A DNA stretch of 63,883 nucleotides, the filler included, from Circinaria calcarea (Eukaryota): assembly GCA_051942165.1 (NCBI GenBank). It is 17 parts of 17 records of this genome, joined end to end, with 100 filler letters (N's around TTAATTAATTAA, not from the genome) between each part and the next. Parts side by side here need not be neighbours in the genome. Positions count along the whole stretch, not along the records: positions 60,230 to 63,883 come from JAVECS010002694.1; 16 more parts are not named here. One strand, written 5' to 3'. The position numbers and the translations under genes are program-made. This document shows positions 61,129 through 63,883 of the stretch, in pieces. Below the pieces are notes generated by a model. That model saw only the letters and a program-made list of their open reading frames with translations, had not been told where the DNA came from and searched no databases. The first letter of the stretch is position 1, and each line of letters starts with the position of its first letter.

Positions 61129-63883
61129 ATGGATCCCACCTCCGCCGGGATCGCGTTCGTGGGATTCGCCGCCAGCCTCGCGACTCTAGCCGCCGTTGTC
61201 GCGAATAGCTCCAAGACACTGTACAACCTTCGCAACAAACTCAAGGACGCACCCGAAGATAGTAGAATACTCATAGGAAGCTTCAAGCTCTTTGAAGGCT
61301 TACTGGAAGAGATTCAAGCTCGACTGCAGGAGCATGGAGATGTTGCTGGATCACAACGCTTGCAGAAGCTATGGGCGGATTCTGAAGCACAGATGCAGGA
61401 AGACATGGTAGGCTTCAAGGTCGTGGTGGATAGACTCGACAGTCTCTTGAATGGGCCAACGCTCTCTTCAAAACGGATGCGTTTCCGGATTCGTACCTAC
61501 TTCGATGAAGACACTATTGCGAAACATCAGCGGAAAATGTCTACTCATATTAAGACTCTAACGCTAATACAGTTGCTCATGAGCGAGTATGTATCAACAT
61601 ATCTACATATCTCCATATCTTAGCGATTTTGCACTGATTTTTCATGTCACATGAAGTCTGAAGCGCGATGCGATTTCCCAGCAGCTGGTGGATATGGTTA
61701 GTGCTGGGTCTCAAGCTATATGCTCCAGGCTGTCATCTGCAGAACACCTGGGGCATGAGAGACACGACTCGCAGCAAGGCTCGTTGTCGCGAATCGAGCA
61801 TTTGCTTCGAGGTCAGCTGGAGTTAAGGTCATTCCAACCAAGCATCGCGGTTGATGCTCCCACGACCCACCGCCGCCTACAACCGACAGGCATCAGACCT
61901 GCCATGGCAGCTATTGTATACTGGACTCACCAGAGCTATTCTTTGCCGATCGGGTTCTTGAGTATGCAGGTCTCGAGAATGCGTCGATCCGAGCCATTAA
62001 ATAATGCATCCGTTCAAGCATCCGAGCCATCCGAGGTCAAATTAACATTCGTTCCTCCACGGTGGCTGTCTTGCATCATGCTTCACTTCACACTAGAAAC
62101 TCACCGTAGTCTTTCTAGCAGCTGGCCACAACTGTCGGGCAGCTTGACACCTTTCACGGTTAATTACAACCCTTTGCTCCAGGAAGCCCTCCGGCGCCAT
62201 GACGTAGCAGGATTACGGAGGCTTTTCCGGGACGGCCTAGCCCGACCCACCGATCACGTTCCTTGTTGGCTCTCTCGAGATCCCCAACCCATAGCCTTTG
62301 TAAGGTACAGATGACACACTCTGTCTAGAACTTGCTAATGCTACCGAATAGGTGCATGCACATATATGGTGGGAGGATAATGTGGATAACGGTTTTAGTG
62401 CAGGTTGGGAGGCTTATGAAATGTGCAAATTCCTACTAGGCCAAAGTACATGTACTCAGCAAGTGTATGTGGGCCATGCACTTGACGATTTCGGAACGGC
62501 TAAACGCTAACCTGGGGAACCAAAAGGATGCACGATTTCTCTAAAGATATGTTCTTGGGTTGGGAGGGCGTGCAGTTGATAAATTCCGAGTTGATAAATT
62601 CCGAGTTAGCGAGAGCTTATCTAAAAACCTTCCTGGCTAGTGGTGCGCTTGTGACTGTCAATTGCTCCGAGGAGCGTCGCACCCTGCTTTTCAAATTAGT
62701 ACAAGGTCCGCTGGGCTTCGATGCTATCCGTGATGGCTTAGCTGGCCAACTGGAGCCATGGATGGTGGCTGACCTGCCTCAGCTTGACACTTGGTTGATC
62801 GGGATCTTGGCGCACACCGATCTTCGCTTCCGCAACTGGCTTCAGATCTATCTCGATAGTTTCCGTTCAGCCTTCAGTCCGAAGGGGAGGGCTTACAGGA
62901 ACGAGGGAGATCAGTCAGTATTCGACATCGCGACCATCGTGGCTCAAGTGAAAAGAGCCCCGTCGCGACTCAGGGTATCATTTCTCGAGGTGATAAGTGC
63001 TTCTGGTACTTCATCTATGCTGGAACCTTTTCTGGAGGCAGCAATTGATATCGATGAAGGGGGGCCCACATGGGGCAACTATCTCGGGGAGGCAGCAGCA
63101 TATGGCAATTTGGACACATTCAATAGGTTGCTAGCCGCCGGTGCCAAAACTCCCTGGGCAATCAACCGTGTCCTCACATGCTATTCGGGTCCTTCTGAGG
63201 CAGTGTTTAAAACCGTGTTTCCCGTTCTTATGGCATATGTGACTCCGGTTATCCTGCAAGATAACAGCGATCCAATCCTTGATATTCTTGAGCATTATAA
63301 AGCACTCCAAGCCTATCCGCAAGCTATCGAGGTGCTGCTTAGCCACCGAGTGTTCAGACCAGAGCACTTGCACGGAGGGCACGGTACCAGTCTGCGTGGG
63401 AGTTACATGTACCATGCAATCGTGTACCGTCGTGCTACTGCGGTCAAGCTTTTCCTTGACCACGGAGCTCAAGTAGACGCCCAAGTCAGAGACCTGTTTC
63501 CTGAGACTGAGAGATGGAGGGAGCGAGGATTCACGGAGCCATTATGGCTCTGTAGTTGGTTAACGTTAGCTGTCCGTTGTGGCAGTGCGTCTTGTGCTGA
63601 TGTCCTACTCAAGCATGGTGCTAATGTCCTCTCTCCGGATGGATCTGGCAAATCCGCGCTTCGGCTCGCTCGGTCTAATGCACCTGGTGAGCATCCTAGA
63701 AAAGTGTTCGATTTCGTTGAGTATATGAACATTGAGATCACGAATGTTGAAGACAACGAGATTCTAGCCATTCTGGAGAGCTCTCTACCACTCAGCTCCG
63801 AGACGGGAAACATAGAAACGAACAAGGTTACGCGGGTTAAGGATCCTTCATTTACTTCTCGTGAGTCATTACTACCTCCGTGT
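61129..63883 (+). CDS. HeLo-like (fungal STAND N-terminal) domain + ankyrin-repeat protein, multi-exon, 3'-truncated
   Basis: Exon 1 MDPTSAGIAFVGFAASLATL...KLKDAPED, exon 2 ...FVPPRWL...LRRLFRDGLARPTD, and a long open exon from about 62527 to 63860 (missed by the track) with YLGEAAAYGNLDTFNRLLAAGA, AVKLFLDHGAQVD and LTLAVRCGSASCADVLLKHGANV..DGSGKSALRLA. Confidence 0.85.

Noticed and set aside
1..63883. tRNA, 5S rRNA, snRNA, TPP riboswitch and telomere repeats
   Set aside because: I scanned by eye for hallmark motifs and found nothing convincing. tRNAscan-SE or Infernal would be needed to exclude them.

Overview
This is filamentous ascomycete (Pezizomycotina-type) nuclear DNA, not a bacterial locus and not one contiguous locus. 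It consists of 17 contigs of 3,654-3,673 bp, sorted by decreasing length and joined by identical 100-bp artificial spacers (44 N + TTAATTAATTAA + 44 N), so gene neighbourhood across spacers means nothing. Genes are intron-rich, so the ORF track misses or mis-calls several. Housekeeping genes or fragments include TAL1, OLE1, MGS1, BNA3-like, cps1-like GT2, VPS70-like, END3, TSR1, ADI1, a nitrilase, a GST, CRAL-TRIO, SDR, BTB, isochorismatase-family and MDR genes. The most interesting accessory content is: (i) a secreted, Cys-free, very Lys/Pro-rich protein whose NucA/NucB-like nuclease motif appears only after splicing a GC-AG intron; (ii) a Crinkler-type restriction-endonuclease-like pseudogene; (iii) a secreted RNase T1-family pseudogene with a Kex2-site-rich propeptide; (iv) a HeLo-like/ankyrin protein with no visible NTPase domain; (v) RIP-type lesions in genes on contigs with AT-rich relics; (vi) a 2-nt micro-exon and other unusual splicing; (vii) a TA-flanked MITE. 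No rRNA, tRNA, snRNA or CRISPR array was recognised. All family assignments come from motif recognition by eye, not database searches.
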